Of a DNA stretch of 64,000 bases, positions 51,279 through 64,000 are shown one piece after another. The first letter of the stretch is position 1; the number at the start of each line of letters is the position of its first letter. Source of the stretch: Stegostoma tigrinum (lineage: Eukaryota); the NCBI RefSeq assembly GCF_030684315.1, contig NC_081362.1, positions 74,419,018 through 74,483,017 on the forward strand. Reading direction: 5' to 3'. The notes beneath the pieces were generated by a model. The model made no database searches. It was given only the letters and a program-made list of their open reading frames with translations, and was not told where the DNA came from. The translations under genes and the position numbers were made by a program.

Positions 51279-53360
51279 TCACCTCTTTTCCTAAAGCAGC
51301 AGACTAACATTGGAGTAGGGATGCACTTTCACAACAGTTGCTAACATACTTTGAACAAGATTCTGCATACAGAATGTTACTAAGCAATTTTTGACTCAGA
51401 GCAATTGGGACAAACTTGAGCCCATGCTCAGCTGGTATCTACAAGTTCACTTTCAGTAGGGATCACTGAATACTAATGTATCACAGGAGTCTTGAATGAC
51501 ATTTTGGTTCTTAAAGGATGCTAAGATCAAATTGGTACTCTGGTTGAGATCCACTTGATTGTTATTGATCGAAGTTTAAACATTGACATATATTTAATGA
51601 TACAGCAGTTGTGCCTTCATCATGATGCAATTGACAGAGTGAAGATATAAATGTAACTCACACACAGTTGCTGATGCAAAATTACAATGTTAAAGGATTA
51701 GTTATTGCCAACAAAAGACCAAGGATGGACAGAGACGATTTAAATCCCAGAACTTCTATTTGAAGGCATGTATAAAATTATGTAAGCCACAGATTGTCTG
51801 AGAATGCCTGAGTGAAAGATGTTAGAATGGATTAAATGTAAATTATACATTAAAGTATAAATGAGGCCAGGATCATGCAAAGTCCATTCTGCTGTTGTCT
51901 AAGTGGGTGTAGCATTATAATATTGATCTGACAGATCTGACCTTTGGTCATGTCATTCCTTTCATCTTCAAAATAAATATCTCTCCGGTGTAGTGGTTAA
52001 TTGGACCTGGACACTTTTCAGCATTTATAGTCCTATGAATATCTCACTTTTCACAACTCTCTACATTACAGCATGTATACATTGTGTGCCCAAACAGGGA
52101 AAATATTTTCAGTCAAGTAAGCCAAAGTCAAGAAGAAAAAACTGGCTTGGGATCTAATCATTATGGTATCAGTGTATTAATCAATTTGGGCAGATGTTTG
52201 TGCTGTAATGAAATATTTGCATGTTTTCAGCATAGATAATAAATCAGAACTTATGCTTTAAGAGTTGAATTGGAATGTTGCCAAACTTTTTCAGTATGCT
52301 TGAATTAGCAAAAATCCCACCTGAGTCAACACTTCCAGTTTCAGTCCAGAATTTAAGCATTTGACCTACGCTGACCTTCCAACAATGCACTGTTGGGGCT
52401 GCCATTCATGGAGGGGATTTTCAGCTGAGGCATCACTGTGTTATTTCACCTCTTTTTTGGAGAATTTGAAGCAGTTGGGAGGGGGGTGTTCAAGGATTAA
52501 ATGTGCATCAAGAACAACCCAAGGAACTGGCTTATGGAGAAAAATAGCATGAGGAATTCACCTGGAGAAAACAAAAATATTGAGGACTGACTCAAGGAGA
52601 GGAGCAGATTCAGAGATTCAATTAAGGCAAAGAATAACATGAAAAACTGACTCATTGAAAGGAAGGGCAAGACTTGATGAGGGGATTAGATTCAGGGGCT
52701 CACCTGCAAAGGGGGACAGCCCTTGGGACACATTTGGAAAGAGAATCTGTTCAGGTTCTCTTTACAAGAAAGGAACAACACCCTGGAGTACACCTAGGGA
52801 CAGGGGCAGGTCATGTGACTCACTGGGGGAGAGGTCCGCTATTACAGGTGGTGATATTAAAGACTTATGCCAGAAGAGGATCAAGTTCTAGGATTCTGTA
52901 AGAGGAGTAGAATCAGAATTCACACGGTGAATGAAGCAACACCGAAGCCTCGTACAGGAAGTGAAGCCCAAATGGTGGTCTTCTGTTAAGAAGTGATAAA
53001 GATAACTCCATGTAAGTTAATAATTGAATGGAATAGATGTTTACTGTATAAGCGTGTGTTTGAGATTGCATTATTATCTATTTCTCTTTCTGCCTTTACA
53101 ACCTGTAAACCTCAAATTTGAAAACATTTCTCTTGTGTACTCTCATCCATGCGACAAGAATTAGAAAAGGATAAAATATTCAATGATCGAGGATGGTACA
53201 TTACACTGGTAGTTACAATTTCTCATCTATATAAGGCCCTACATGTACTTATGAATTCGGAACAGGCCCCTTTTGTAAAGAAATGTGTGTGAAGCATAGG
53301 TTTATGTATCTGAATGCAGAATTAGTTATTCAGAGAAATCATAATTACTGTTTCGGGAAC

Positions 53361-53499
53361 ATTCTGAGGAAGGGTCACCAAACCGGAAATGTTAACTCTG
53401 ATCTTTTCTTCACAGATGCTGCTAGACCTGCTGAACTTTTCCAGCAACTTCTGTTTTTGGTCCTGATTTACAGAATCCACAGTTCTTTTGGTTTTTATT
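53361..53499 (+). mobile_element. PLE pLTR tail-only element starting at the hammerhead core
   Basis: attCTGAGGAagggtcaccaaaccgGAAATGTTaactctg...gatgctgctagacctgctgaacttttccagcaacttctg. Confidence 0.8.
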
Positions 53500-54142
53500 A
53501 GTCATTCAGAATTGCTTTATCTTTGTTCATGGGATGTGGGAGTCAATAGCTTGGCCATTATCTATTGCTGATTTCTAATTGCCCCATGACGAGTCAACCA
53601 CATTGCTGTGGTTTTGGTGTCATATGTAGGTCAGACTGGCTGAGGTTGACAGATTTCCATCCCTAAAAACACATTAGTGAACCAGACTGATGCTTTTATG
53701 ACAATTGGCAGTGCTTACACAGTCACCATTAGGCTAGCTTTATTTTTAAATTCCAGCTTTTTATTGAAATCAAATTTCACCAACTGCAATGGTGGGATTT
53801 GAACTCATGTCCCCAGAAAATTAGCTCAGGATTCTGGATTACCAGTTCAGTGACATTACAATAGGCCTCCCTTTAAACTGTTAGAAGTGCAAATCTACCT
53901 GATAATTCCCTGCATGTGAAAGATACTGAGCTTTCATTTTTTTGGTTTTAAGCTTGTTGCTATCTGATTTGATTTAGATCACGAATAGCAGACCTGATTT
54001 TAGTTTATCTGTACCATGAACCTCCAGGCTTTCATGAATTGCTGATGTTACTAATTAATAACATTCCTGCATGGTTTTGGAAATTGGCAAATATTATCAG
54101 AAAACTGGACGATTTTTTAAAGCAATTTACTTAAAGCAATTT

Positions 54143-54872
54143 TACAGGGCTAATGGTAAGATTCTTGGTAGTGTAGATGAGCAGAGAGATCTCAGTGTCC
54201 ATGTACACAGATCCTTGAAAGTTGCCACCCAGGTTGACAGGGCTGTTAAGAAGGCATACAGTGTTTTAGCTTTCATTAATAGAGGGATCGAGTTCCGGAA
54301 CCAAGAGGTTATGCTGCAGCTGTACAAAACTCTGGTGCGGCCGCACTTGGAGTATTGCGTACAGTTCTGGTCACCGCATTATAAGAAGGATGTGGAAGCT
54401 TTGGAAAGGGTGCAGAGGAGATTTACTAGGATGTTGCCTGGTATGGAGGGAAGGTCTTACGAGGAAAGGCTGAGGGACTTGAGGCTGTTTTCATTAGAGA
54501 GAAGAAGGTTGACAGGTGACTTAATTGAAACATATAAAATAATCAGAGGGTTAGATAGGGTGGATAGGGAGAGCCTTTTTCCTTGGATGGTGACGGCGAG
54601 CATGAGGGGGCATAGCTTTAAATTGAGGGGTGAAAGATATAGGACAGATGTCAGAGGTAGTTTCTTTACTCAGAGAGAAGAAAGGGAATGGAACGCTTTG
54701 CCTGCAACGGTAGTAGATTCGCCAACTTTAGGTACATTTAAGTCGTCATTGGATAAGCATATGGACGTACATGGAATAGTGTAGGTTAGATGGGCTTGAG
54801 ATTGGTATGACAGGTCGGCACAACATCGAGGGCCGAAGGGCCTGTACTGTGCTGTAATGTCCTATGTTCTAT
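54143..54872 (+). mobile_element. 5'-truncated CR1 LINE (ORF2 C-terminus + 3' UTR)
   Basis: ORF 54071..54784 ILGSVDEQRDL...LVRPHLEYCVQFWSPHYKKDVEALERVQRRFTRMLPG...; tail cctgtactgtgctgtaatgtcctatgttctat. Confidence 0.93.
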
Positions 54873-55271
54873 TCATCAGATTGAGGTCACTTCTAATCTG
54901 CTAAAGCTAACTTATCAGTTATCATTGTTTGTTACAACCTGTTTTAGCAATAACCAAATCATTGTAAAAATAAACATGCAACTGCCATAATATGAAATAG
55001 CACGATCACATCCATTAATACATCCATTAAAGAGATTTTCATCTGAACTGTCCTTGACTGATTTTATCACAGAGGTGAATGTGCAGTGTACAAAATCCAA
55101 TTAACTTCTGTATTGCTATGTATTTTTGTTTGACCAGCTTAAAGCAGTAGTACCAGTAAATTTAAACAACACCATGCCTTATTCTTTTGAAACAGAACAA
55201 GATCTACAATCAAGGAAATTAAAAAAGGTACTATTTGATATTCTCCAAACACGTCAGTTTGTGGCCACTTA

Positions 55272-55460
<189 letters not shown>

Positions 55461-58400
55461 CTAAAAACAGTAGATCAAATAATTTACACTCATTTCCCTG
55501 ACAACAGCACAACCATCCTTTATGTAGTTAGCCTTGTAAGGAATTGCTTATCCTCACAAAACCTACAGAATGCTAAAAAGGTCAAAAATCGTAATATCCA
55601 AGCAGTATACTCATTCCTAATCTTTCTGATTGGACTGTTCCAGAGGGGCTGAGATTTTTGGACCCAATATATTCAATAAATAAATTTACAGTGTTGAGTT
55701 GTAGAGAGTGTTAAGATGCTTTGCTTATGCTGTTCTGATTGCAATAATCCAATATTGGGTAGGATAAAAATAGAGCTCCCTCACTGAAAACTGGGCTACA
55801 GTTCCCTGGGATTGACAATTAACGGCTTTGGAAATGCTTTTCTTGTCAAACAGTTGCTTCATTCAAATATTAATTTCTGAGCGGTTGTGGGTAAATGAAA
55901 AGTTGTGATAAGAAGGCTGTAATTTTTGACAATTTAAATTTTTCTTGCTGATCTTTGGGTTCTCAAGAGCCTTTGTACCAATTGATAAATTACATATACC
56001 GTCTCTTCTGCCAGGACCATGACTGACAACAATGGCTTCTCCACTGGCAATCTTCCTCTCAGGATACTTGGAAAGGAGAATCAACAATGAGTGCCATACT
56101 ATGCAAAGAATTGTCTGTACACATCTGCAAACGTATCTTAACAGTGTGCATGAATAAATGGTGTGTCGTGTCTTCCCAAAGGAAGCATGCCTAGCTGACC
56201 AGCTGTCCTGACTAACAGATGTGAATTCTTGATGCTCTCCAGAAAACAACCAAAACACATTAAAGTTAGTTCATGAAAGAAGGTACGCTAGAGTGATCAC
56301 CAATGAGTGACTGCACCTGACAGGATGCCATCGATCATTACCCATGTGGCCTGGCACACCAAGCTGGCAATGATCACAAGATGGTTCAGATCATTAGAGA
56401 GCCAAATATAGGACAGCACATCATTAGTACCATCTTGGTCCTGAATTTATAAAGGCTCTTTAATGTTGAAAAATGCCTCAAAGAAATACAAAGTGGTGTA
56501 ATCAGAAACAAGTTGCAAAGCCACGGTAAGAGTTAAAAGGAAGGAATCTTGAAAGCTTCACCAAAAAACTTTATTTTGTGTGCTGTCTTAATACAATACT
56601 GAGAAGTGGAGAAATAGAGGTGTTTTGGGAGGCAATTGGAAACTGAGGAATCTTGGTGTTGATGGCACAGTGACCTCTGTACCAAGGAGGGAGGGAAGTA
56701 CAACAGGGCAGAGTCAGAGGTTAGAAATCTAACACCGGCTTTCTTCAGATAGGTGACAATTTGAGATGGTGCAACAGTGTAGTACAGCAGTGCTACTTAC
56801 TGTAGCACCTTATGCAATATCATCATCATTTCACTCACCATCAAACAAGTAATCATATCCTTGGTTGCCCTCTTGCCTTTAGACATGTACATGTGTATTC
56901 TGAGCTTTTACAAAGGCTTATGGAATTTTTTGCCTTGCTACTATTCCTTCTCACTAAATATCACTTGTACGCAACTTTTGAATCCATTTCTCACGTGCAT
57001 GCTGCAGCTGTCCAAATCTAATTTCAGAAAATTGAATGCAAACAGCATATTTCAATTTCAGCCTGTCTAAAACCCATCATCAGCCATTCAGAATTAAACC
57101 ACACTTGCAGCTGCAAATGTAGACCAAAGAGTTGATATTTGAGGAGCTAATCACTTTTTCGTCAGATCCGCTGACTTACTTTCTTATCCACACAAATCTC
57201 AACCAGATTAGCCTTTATCAAGGCTTTAAGAAAATCCTTAGCAAGACCGTTTTACTTTGCCTGAATTCAGTTAATAGTTTTGAGCATCAAAGCAAAATTC
57301 TGTGGTCTGCTAAATACAAGAACAAGATCTATTAGCTCTTCCTAATTTCTTTTGATTTCTTCTGATAAAATGAAAAGAATTTGCATTCACATGTCCTCAG
57401 GACATTTCAGGTGCTTCACAGTCAATTGTTTATGTGTTTACTTCACATTACTTCAAGAAGAAAATATTGGAGATGCACTACCATTAAATTCTCTTGCTCT
57501 TTTATTGTGACTTCAGTAAAAGAATCTCTAAATTCTGCAAAATGTAAAAATGCCATTTTTTTGAGTCTTCATCAGCCGATTTACAAAGATAAGCAGATCA
57601 GTCATGAATTTTCAGCTTTGTAAACTTTAATGACATTATTATACAGCTTGCTTGAACAGTTATTTTCTGAATTTTGAAGAGGACATAGAGGAGGCCTTCC
57701 TCTCCAGCTTAACGGATCTGCCTGCTTTACAACTTTGAACATTTTACTTCCAGACTGAAACTGTCTCAGCAGTGTCCACGCCACCCGCTGATGCTGCTGG
57801 CCGCTGTACAGCTGCCAGACCTGTGTTGTGCCAAGAGCATTCAGGGCCGGTCCACTGAGTGGCCAGGGTGGCCAACAACCAGGAAAACAATTAGAAGGCA
57901 CTCTCCAGGAAATTAACCACCTCTGGTATAGCTCTCAACAAATGCGGGCTCCAGACGCCCATTTGGTTAGCAGGCTGAGGGCCTCAAAGTCCACAGGAAA
58001 ATTCTGTCATTAGCTTCTCTATCCTCCTTGGTACGGTATTTCTAGAAAAATGTCAAGAAAATTGATCAAGTAGGATATTCCACTTCTAAAGTCAGAATGG
58101 CTTGTAGTTTAGAGACATAGAGCCACACAACATAGAAACAGGCCCTTTGATCCACCATATCTATGCCAGCCAATAATAACCACGCTATGCCATTCCCACC
58201 CACCAGTTATTAGATTATTGCCTGACAAGCAAATACACCTCCAATTCAATCCTCATGATGGACTGCATTAGTTTATCAGGTATTGATACTGGGCATATTA
58301 ACTTGTTCCTTGTGTGAGCTTTGTCCTCTTTCATTAATTGGGCAATATGTCAGCTTGGATCTTAATAGAGCAATGAAGAGTGGGAATGTTCTCAGGTCCA

Positions 58401-59250
58401 GGAATTTTGAGACCAACTACCCGCTTCTTGTCAGTGCCCCAGTCATGATCAACAAAATCAATGCAGAACAGGGACTGAATGTTTACGTTTTTTAAAGAGC
58501 ATTCATATTCTCAGTTTAACCTGCCTTGAGTGAGGTCACTTTTATGACACAGCTTTTCCAAGTTGGAATAGACAGAAAGAATCTCAGTTCTATAGAATTG
58601 TTTTGATGTTACAGACGGCTGCATTAATTTATAATGAGTTCTCCAATCTTCATATACCAAATTGATATTCACAACTTATTCTTTCTCAATAGTATCATTG
58701 AATATTTTCATGGCATTTTGCCTATACTTTTTAAATATTCAGCATTTTCACAAGATGGCTGATTACTGTAGATTTTTCCAAGGATTGTGATTCTTAAATG
58801 ACATGAGAAAGAAGCTGATGAAAAAGAAGTTGTTATCAAGTGCGTCACTGCAGAATTAGACATTTTGAAATGTATGCTTGTGAAAACTAAAAGGCCTGCT
58901 TGGGAAGGACATCATCTCCCAATGCACTAAGTTGTAAAAGAAGATAAAAGAAGCACAAAAATTCTCCTCTTTAGATCTCTGTGCCTCTATTATATCCGTG
59001 TTTTTCAATCTGTAACTCTGGCAGAATTTACTGCCCTCCCCCCACCGAGCTTGGTAGCAAGGAAGCTACTTAGTTGGCAAAAGGGTGGTAAGAGGAGATC
59101 TCACCAATGCCACACCTCTTCCCCGATTAGCTTTGCAGCAAGAAGGCTTGTGAACAGCTTTGCCGTCCTGCTGTACTTAACGCTCACTTGAGAGGTCCTT
59201 TCCATTATTGTTGGCGTTCGCCCAGAAACAAGCAAGAGATTTAATGTGCA

Positions 59251-59464
59251 AGACAACAAAATGTGAGGCTGGATGAACACAGCAGGCCAAGCAGCAACTC
59301 AGGAGCACAAAAGCTGACGTTTCGGGCCTAGACCCTTCATCCAAGGGTCTAGGCCCGAAACTTCAGCTTTTGTGCTCCTGAGATGCTGCTTGGCCTGCTA
59401 TGTTCATCCAGCCTCACATTTTGTTGTCTTGGATTCTCCAGCATCTGCAGTTCCCATTATCTCT
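59251..59464. mobile_element. Foldback mini-PLE C, 15-bp TSD
   Basis: Inverted arms ~59249-59337 and 59343-59431, then a 33-nt tail. Direct repeats gagatttaatgtgca (59236-59250) and gagacttaatgtgca (59465-59479). Confidence 0.9.
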
Positions 59465-62400
59465 GAGACTTAATGTGCAGTTGGTTGTTAGGTTCCCAGG
59501 GGGTCCCTCATTCAACGCACTCAGCTCCTGACTGAGGGGCCTGGCATCAGGAAGGGGCAGACCACTAGGAGTTACCCCACTTGCCTTATTGCTGACACCG
59601 TGACCCCAAGATACCCCTTTCCCTATAATTAACCAGCATCAGAGTTGATCAGGGATCCTTTGCTGTGCGTAGTACTCGTAGCAGTCTCACTGCCACTCGA
59701 TGGAACTACCGAGTAATGAAGGGGAACCAGCCTCTCAGTGAACAGAATGTCTGCCCTCAGGTTCCTTGTTCATGTGGAAGGACTTCCACTGCCCAGTTGA
59801 CTGCTTAATTGGCGCCAAATGCTCTGTGTCTTTCCAAAAACAAATAATGCCAGGCTCTTCAATCGAGCAAAACTCATGTTGCCTACAATAGATTCCATCT
59901 TATGGCTCAAAGACCAACATTTTATGCATTGAGTCATCCGAAAGCACTTCACAAAGTGTTTCAAGCAAAATTGATATTGAACCATAAAAGGAGAATCAGG
60001 ATAGATGACCAAAAAACAAAAAGAATGTTTTAAGGAGCATCTCAAAGGAGGGGATAGATCAAGAAAAAATAAGAGAATTCCAGAGCACAGGGCCAAGGCA
60101 ACTGAGGCATGGTCAACAAGAGTGGTCTGACTAACATTGTGCAAGAGGCCAGCGTTGGAGCAGTGCAGAGGATTGGAGGAAATGAAAGGGACAGAAAAAT
60201 GTCAGGCCACATATTTTGCATTGCCCATTTTGCAAACACTATACACCCCTAAGTGTTTTACAGCCAATGATTTGTAGTCACCAGTAAATTGCAGTAAGGG
60301 CACTGTGAGAATTCTAAGATTCAGGAAGTTTGGGAGACGTAATGATAAGGTAAAGCATTGTACTGTCAGTGTACATGTGGAGCCTGATATTATTCTACAG
60401 GAAGGTATAGTTGAAAGGCAGCATAGAAATAAGGGTTGGCCAAGGTTGGATCCTTTGAGGATAACAAAGTTAACATTACTGGAATGGAATTAGAGGGCAT
60501 TGCACATGTACTTGTGACACAGCTGACATAAAGTCAATTTATGCAACTTTTACTGTTTGTAAGTGTGCTTGCCTAGTTCCAGAAGCATGAAATTCCAAAA
60601 CTCTGATATAGATGACTGCTCTGCTCCCTGGGAAGTCAATAGGTCAGTTACAGTCACATTGTCCTATTCACTGTTCCAACTGTTTCAAACTTCAGTTTTC
60701 TTAGAATCATTTCCGTAAATGCTACTTTCTTCAGTAAAGCAAAGTGCATTTCAACATGATATATGTTACACTAAAATTTATCCAATTTAGCTCAATGTTC
60801 CCTGAGGAAATGGGACTCAAAGTGCCACAGTATAAACCTTTGAAAATAACGAAGAGGATTCAATGTCTTTTTTCATGCTTAATTTGGTGTTTTTAATAGC
60901 AGCCATTTCTCTTGTCAGTGCCACCTAATGGGCCCATGAACAATGGAGCTTGATGTTTCCAATCTCACTTTGATAGAAGTCCGTCTGGTATCCCATAGAG
61001 CATAACAAGGTTTGGTAATGATTCCAGAATTTTGAATTGAGTTGCTTGTTCAATTGTCACATATTCTTCTCACAAAATTTTAAAAGTTGGTTGCAGTTAG
61101 CTACAAGAACAAGAACACAGATTTAAAGTTTTGGACAAGTTTGAGAGGGTTGGTAGGAACAGGAAGGCTTTTGCAGAGTGAATGGTACTGATCAGGAGCT
61201 TGCTGACTATGAGGTTGGAGTAAGTGAAAACAAACACAGACTGCAAAAGAATATTGGATAGGTCCTTGATGGATCTGAACTTGCAGAGGATAGAGCCGTA
61301 GAATAAAATTGATTGGATTGCTCTATGGAGAGCCAACATACACTTGATGGGTTAAGATGCTGTCTTGTATTCTATGAATGGTTCAATGGGGAGAGTCTTA
61401 TGCATGTGATGGGTGTCTTGGTCACTGCCTGCAGAGCCAATAAATTTGCAATGTTGCATCCTTTCCAGAGGGTTGACTGTATCTTGAGCCACTCAGGTAC
61501 TTAACAGACCCACACTTGGCCTTCTTCCAAGATCAAGGTGCTAAAATCCTGTCCATTGAGAACCACTAGCCAATTAGATGCTGGCACCATTTCTAGTCTG
61601 CAGCATCCAACCCATTTCAACACCCACTCTACTGTTCCTCATGTTGGCTCCCTCATGCAGGGACTGACTACCTTTGGGTCAAAAACCGACCCCTCCTACT
61701 CCTCACCCCGAGAGCCCATGGGCAAACACAGCAGGGATTGCCTGTCATGCTCCCTCCACAGCGTACCCCCTCCCAGCCCTTCCCTCCAGTGGCTGGGTTA
61801 ATATCAGCAGTGCCAGGACAGAGTCCTTAAGTGGGGTTTCATTGATAACTTGAGGGCTTGGATTGGCAGCAGAATGGAAAGACTGTCCATGTGCCTACCT
61901 GCCATGACTTAATTTGGGCGAAAGTGGGAGAACGGTGGGTACCCGCCCACTAACCGTTGCCTGATTAAAAACTCCAGTTGCAACCAAACTCACCTCAGGA
62001 GGGGGCATAAAATTCTGTTCTATTTGCTATGAGATTTAAACTGGCATCTTAAGATAGCATGTCATGAAACAGTCATACAAAAAGTGCACGATCAATGTTC
62101 TTCTACTTACCTAGAATTCAAATGTATTAGAAATTTCTCAAAAATGTACAGGAATGTTCAAAACAGTCAAAAATTTTCCAAACTTCATACTCATAAATAG
62201 CATGCAGTGGATAGATTTATAAAAATATCTTTTTGATACAATTCATTATCTGAAGATAGAAGTAAGCTTTGAAGATTCCAATTACTATTCAAAATCCTGA
62301 AGAAACTTATAATACAGTGGTAAATCTCACCTTCCTTTGCAGATCCAGACACCATAGCTGAGTACACAATAAAAGCTTTACATTTTCTTAACTCAGGAGG

Positions 62401-62664
62401 AATGCTGCCAGCTTCTAAGGTAACCAGTGATCAAAAGATTTTTGTAACAGTGACAAGTCTAGTGTTCATTCCAGTTATCTATTGTTACCCCTATTTCCAA
62501 TTGCATGTGCCTTTTACAGTGTCCCTTGGGCTTCTATTTTCCTTCCATAGTTGGCCATCTGACAACAAAGTAGTGTAATTACAATATTGGCCCATACACA
62601 GTTTTAAGCATCATTGGTTGACCTCAGTTGAAGGTGCAAACAGGGAGACAAATGGAAGCTAGGC

Positions 62665-63840
62665 CATAAGACAATAAGAAAAGAAACAGGCATAGGCAGT
62701 TCAGCCCCTCAAGCCTGCTCCTCCATTCAATAGGATTTGAGCTGACATTCCTCACAGCCACTTTTCTTGCCTTTTCCCCCATTACTTTTAATTCACCCTC
62801 TGATCAAGAATCTATTTCAGCCTTGGAGGTACCTAAGGACCCTGCCTCTTGGCACTCTGTAGGGAGGAATTCCAAAGGCCCACAATCCTCTGAGAAAAGA
62901 AATTCCTCCTCATTTCAGTCTCAAATTAGTACCCTTTTATTCTGAAACCATGCTCTCTGGTCCTAGACTCTTCCATTGGGGGAAACATCCTTCTTCAAAC
63001 TCTCGCGAGAAGAGTCTCAACGTATTTAGCCATTGCTCATGAAACAATCGCTGCATACTGACGACCATTTGGTGAACCTTGTTTGGTCTGCCTCTGATGA
63101 AATAATATATTTTCTTAAAAAGAGGAATCAAAACTGCTCACAGTACTCCAGATGTGGTCACATCAGCACTTTGTACAATTGCTGTAACACTTCCTAACTC
63201 TTAAACTCCAAGCCGCTTGAAATAAGGGCTGACATTCAATCCACGTTCCTGATTCCTGCTGCACCTGTGTGCTAGCTTTCTGTGTTTCCCAAGCTCCCTA
63301 GGGGAATCAAGGTTATGGTGAAAGGACAGGACGATGAACATGAGGGATGTCAGATTAGCATGATCCGAATGAATTATGGGGCAGACTCAAGAGACCAAAC
63401 AGCCCACTCTTGTTCCTATTTCTTAATGCCTTTAGTCCCTTTGTACTGCAGCTTTTTGCAATTTTTCTCCATTTAAATAATTTTCTTTCTTTTCCTTCCT
63501 TTGCAAAGTGAACAACTTTAAATGTTCCCACATTAACTCCCTTTACCAACTTGTTGCCCACTTATTTAACCTTTCAATAGCTCCCTGTAAACTGTCTGCA
63601 TCCCTCTTGCAAATTGTCTTTCTATCGATTTTGTGTCATCTATAAATTTGGCTACAGTACATTTGTTTTCATCCTCAAAGGCATTCATACACTTTAAACA
63701 GTTGAGGCCCCAGCTCTGATCCCCACGAGCTACAGGTTGCTGAACTGAACAAGAATTCCTTGTCCCCACTTGTTGTTTCCTGTCCGTGAGCCAATTCTCT
63801 ATTCATGCCAATATGCCACCCACAACGCAATGGGCACTTA
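62665..63840 (-). mobile_element. Degenerate CR1 LINE with nested fragments
   Basis: Minus-strand remnants CTVAKFIDDTK, GSELGPQLF and AHGQETTSG (RQRV-like region); CR1 3' UTR at 62665-62750. Confidence 0.7.
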
Positions 63841-64000
63841 TTTCTTGCAGGATTGGGGGTCAACTGACAAAGAAAGAAAGGTAGCAAGCAGTAGATGTGT
63901 ATAGGAAGGAAAGAAGGGAAAAGTGCTGACTAAAGATGCAGAAAGGGAAATGATGGTTTCAGAAAATAAAGTGATGATAGGAAGAATGGAAACAGGGAAA

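Noticed and set aside
52330-53200. Possible solo LTR (purine-rich block followed by an AT-rich block); similar impression at ~2650-3550
   Set aside because: Could not identify TG...CA termini with a TSD or a second copy.
62325-62430. Minus-strand donor-like AAG|gtgag as the ALK exon-23 equivalent
   Set aside because: The adjacent translation shows no similarity to the expected RFILLELMAGGDLKSFLRE sequence.

Overview
Vertebrate genomic DNA from a cartilaginous fish. The HE1/V-type SINEs and the CR1 and Penelope families point to a shark; an orectolobiform (carpet, zebra or bamboo shark) is my unverified guess. The only host gene I can support is the 3' end of ALK on the minus strand: six exons equivalent to human exons 24-29 (98, 93, 102, 135 and 91 nt plus the terminal coding exon), all GT-AG and in frame, ending at a stop at 29979. 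The rest is intronic or intergenic DNA full of retroelements: Neptune-type Penelope-like elements (PLEs, RT + GIY-YIG), CR1 LINEs (one with an intact RT ORF), a Rex1/Babar LINE, tRNA-derived V-SINEs and decayed Harbinger Myb/SANT remnants. The most interesting structure is a recurring PLE insertion architecture. Four independent insertions are inverted (foldback) structures and one more is a simple truncation; all five have 14-15 bp target-site duplications. Their ends fall at or near two TTATCT motifs 33 nt apart, and three of them are ~200-240 bp hairpins centred on a minimal hammerhead-ribozyme core (CTGATGA-stem-GAAAC-GTC). Also notable: a tRNA-Gln-like Pol III unit with a re-paired acceptor stem, a 145-bp locally templated insertion, and a polyQ tract plus extended C-terminus in shark ALK. 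Everything was read by eye; no database searches or folding programs were run.
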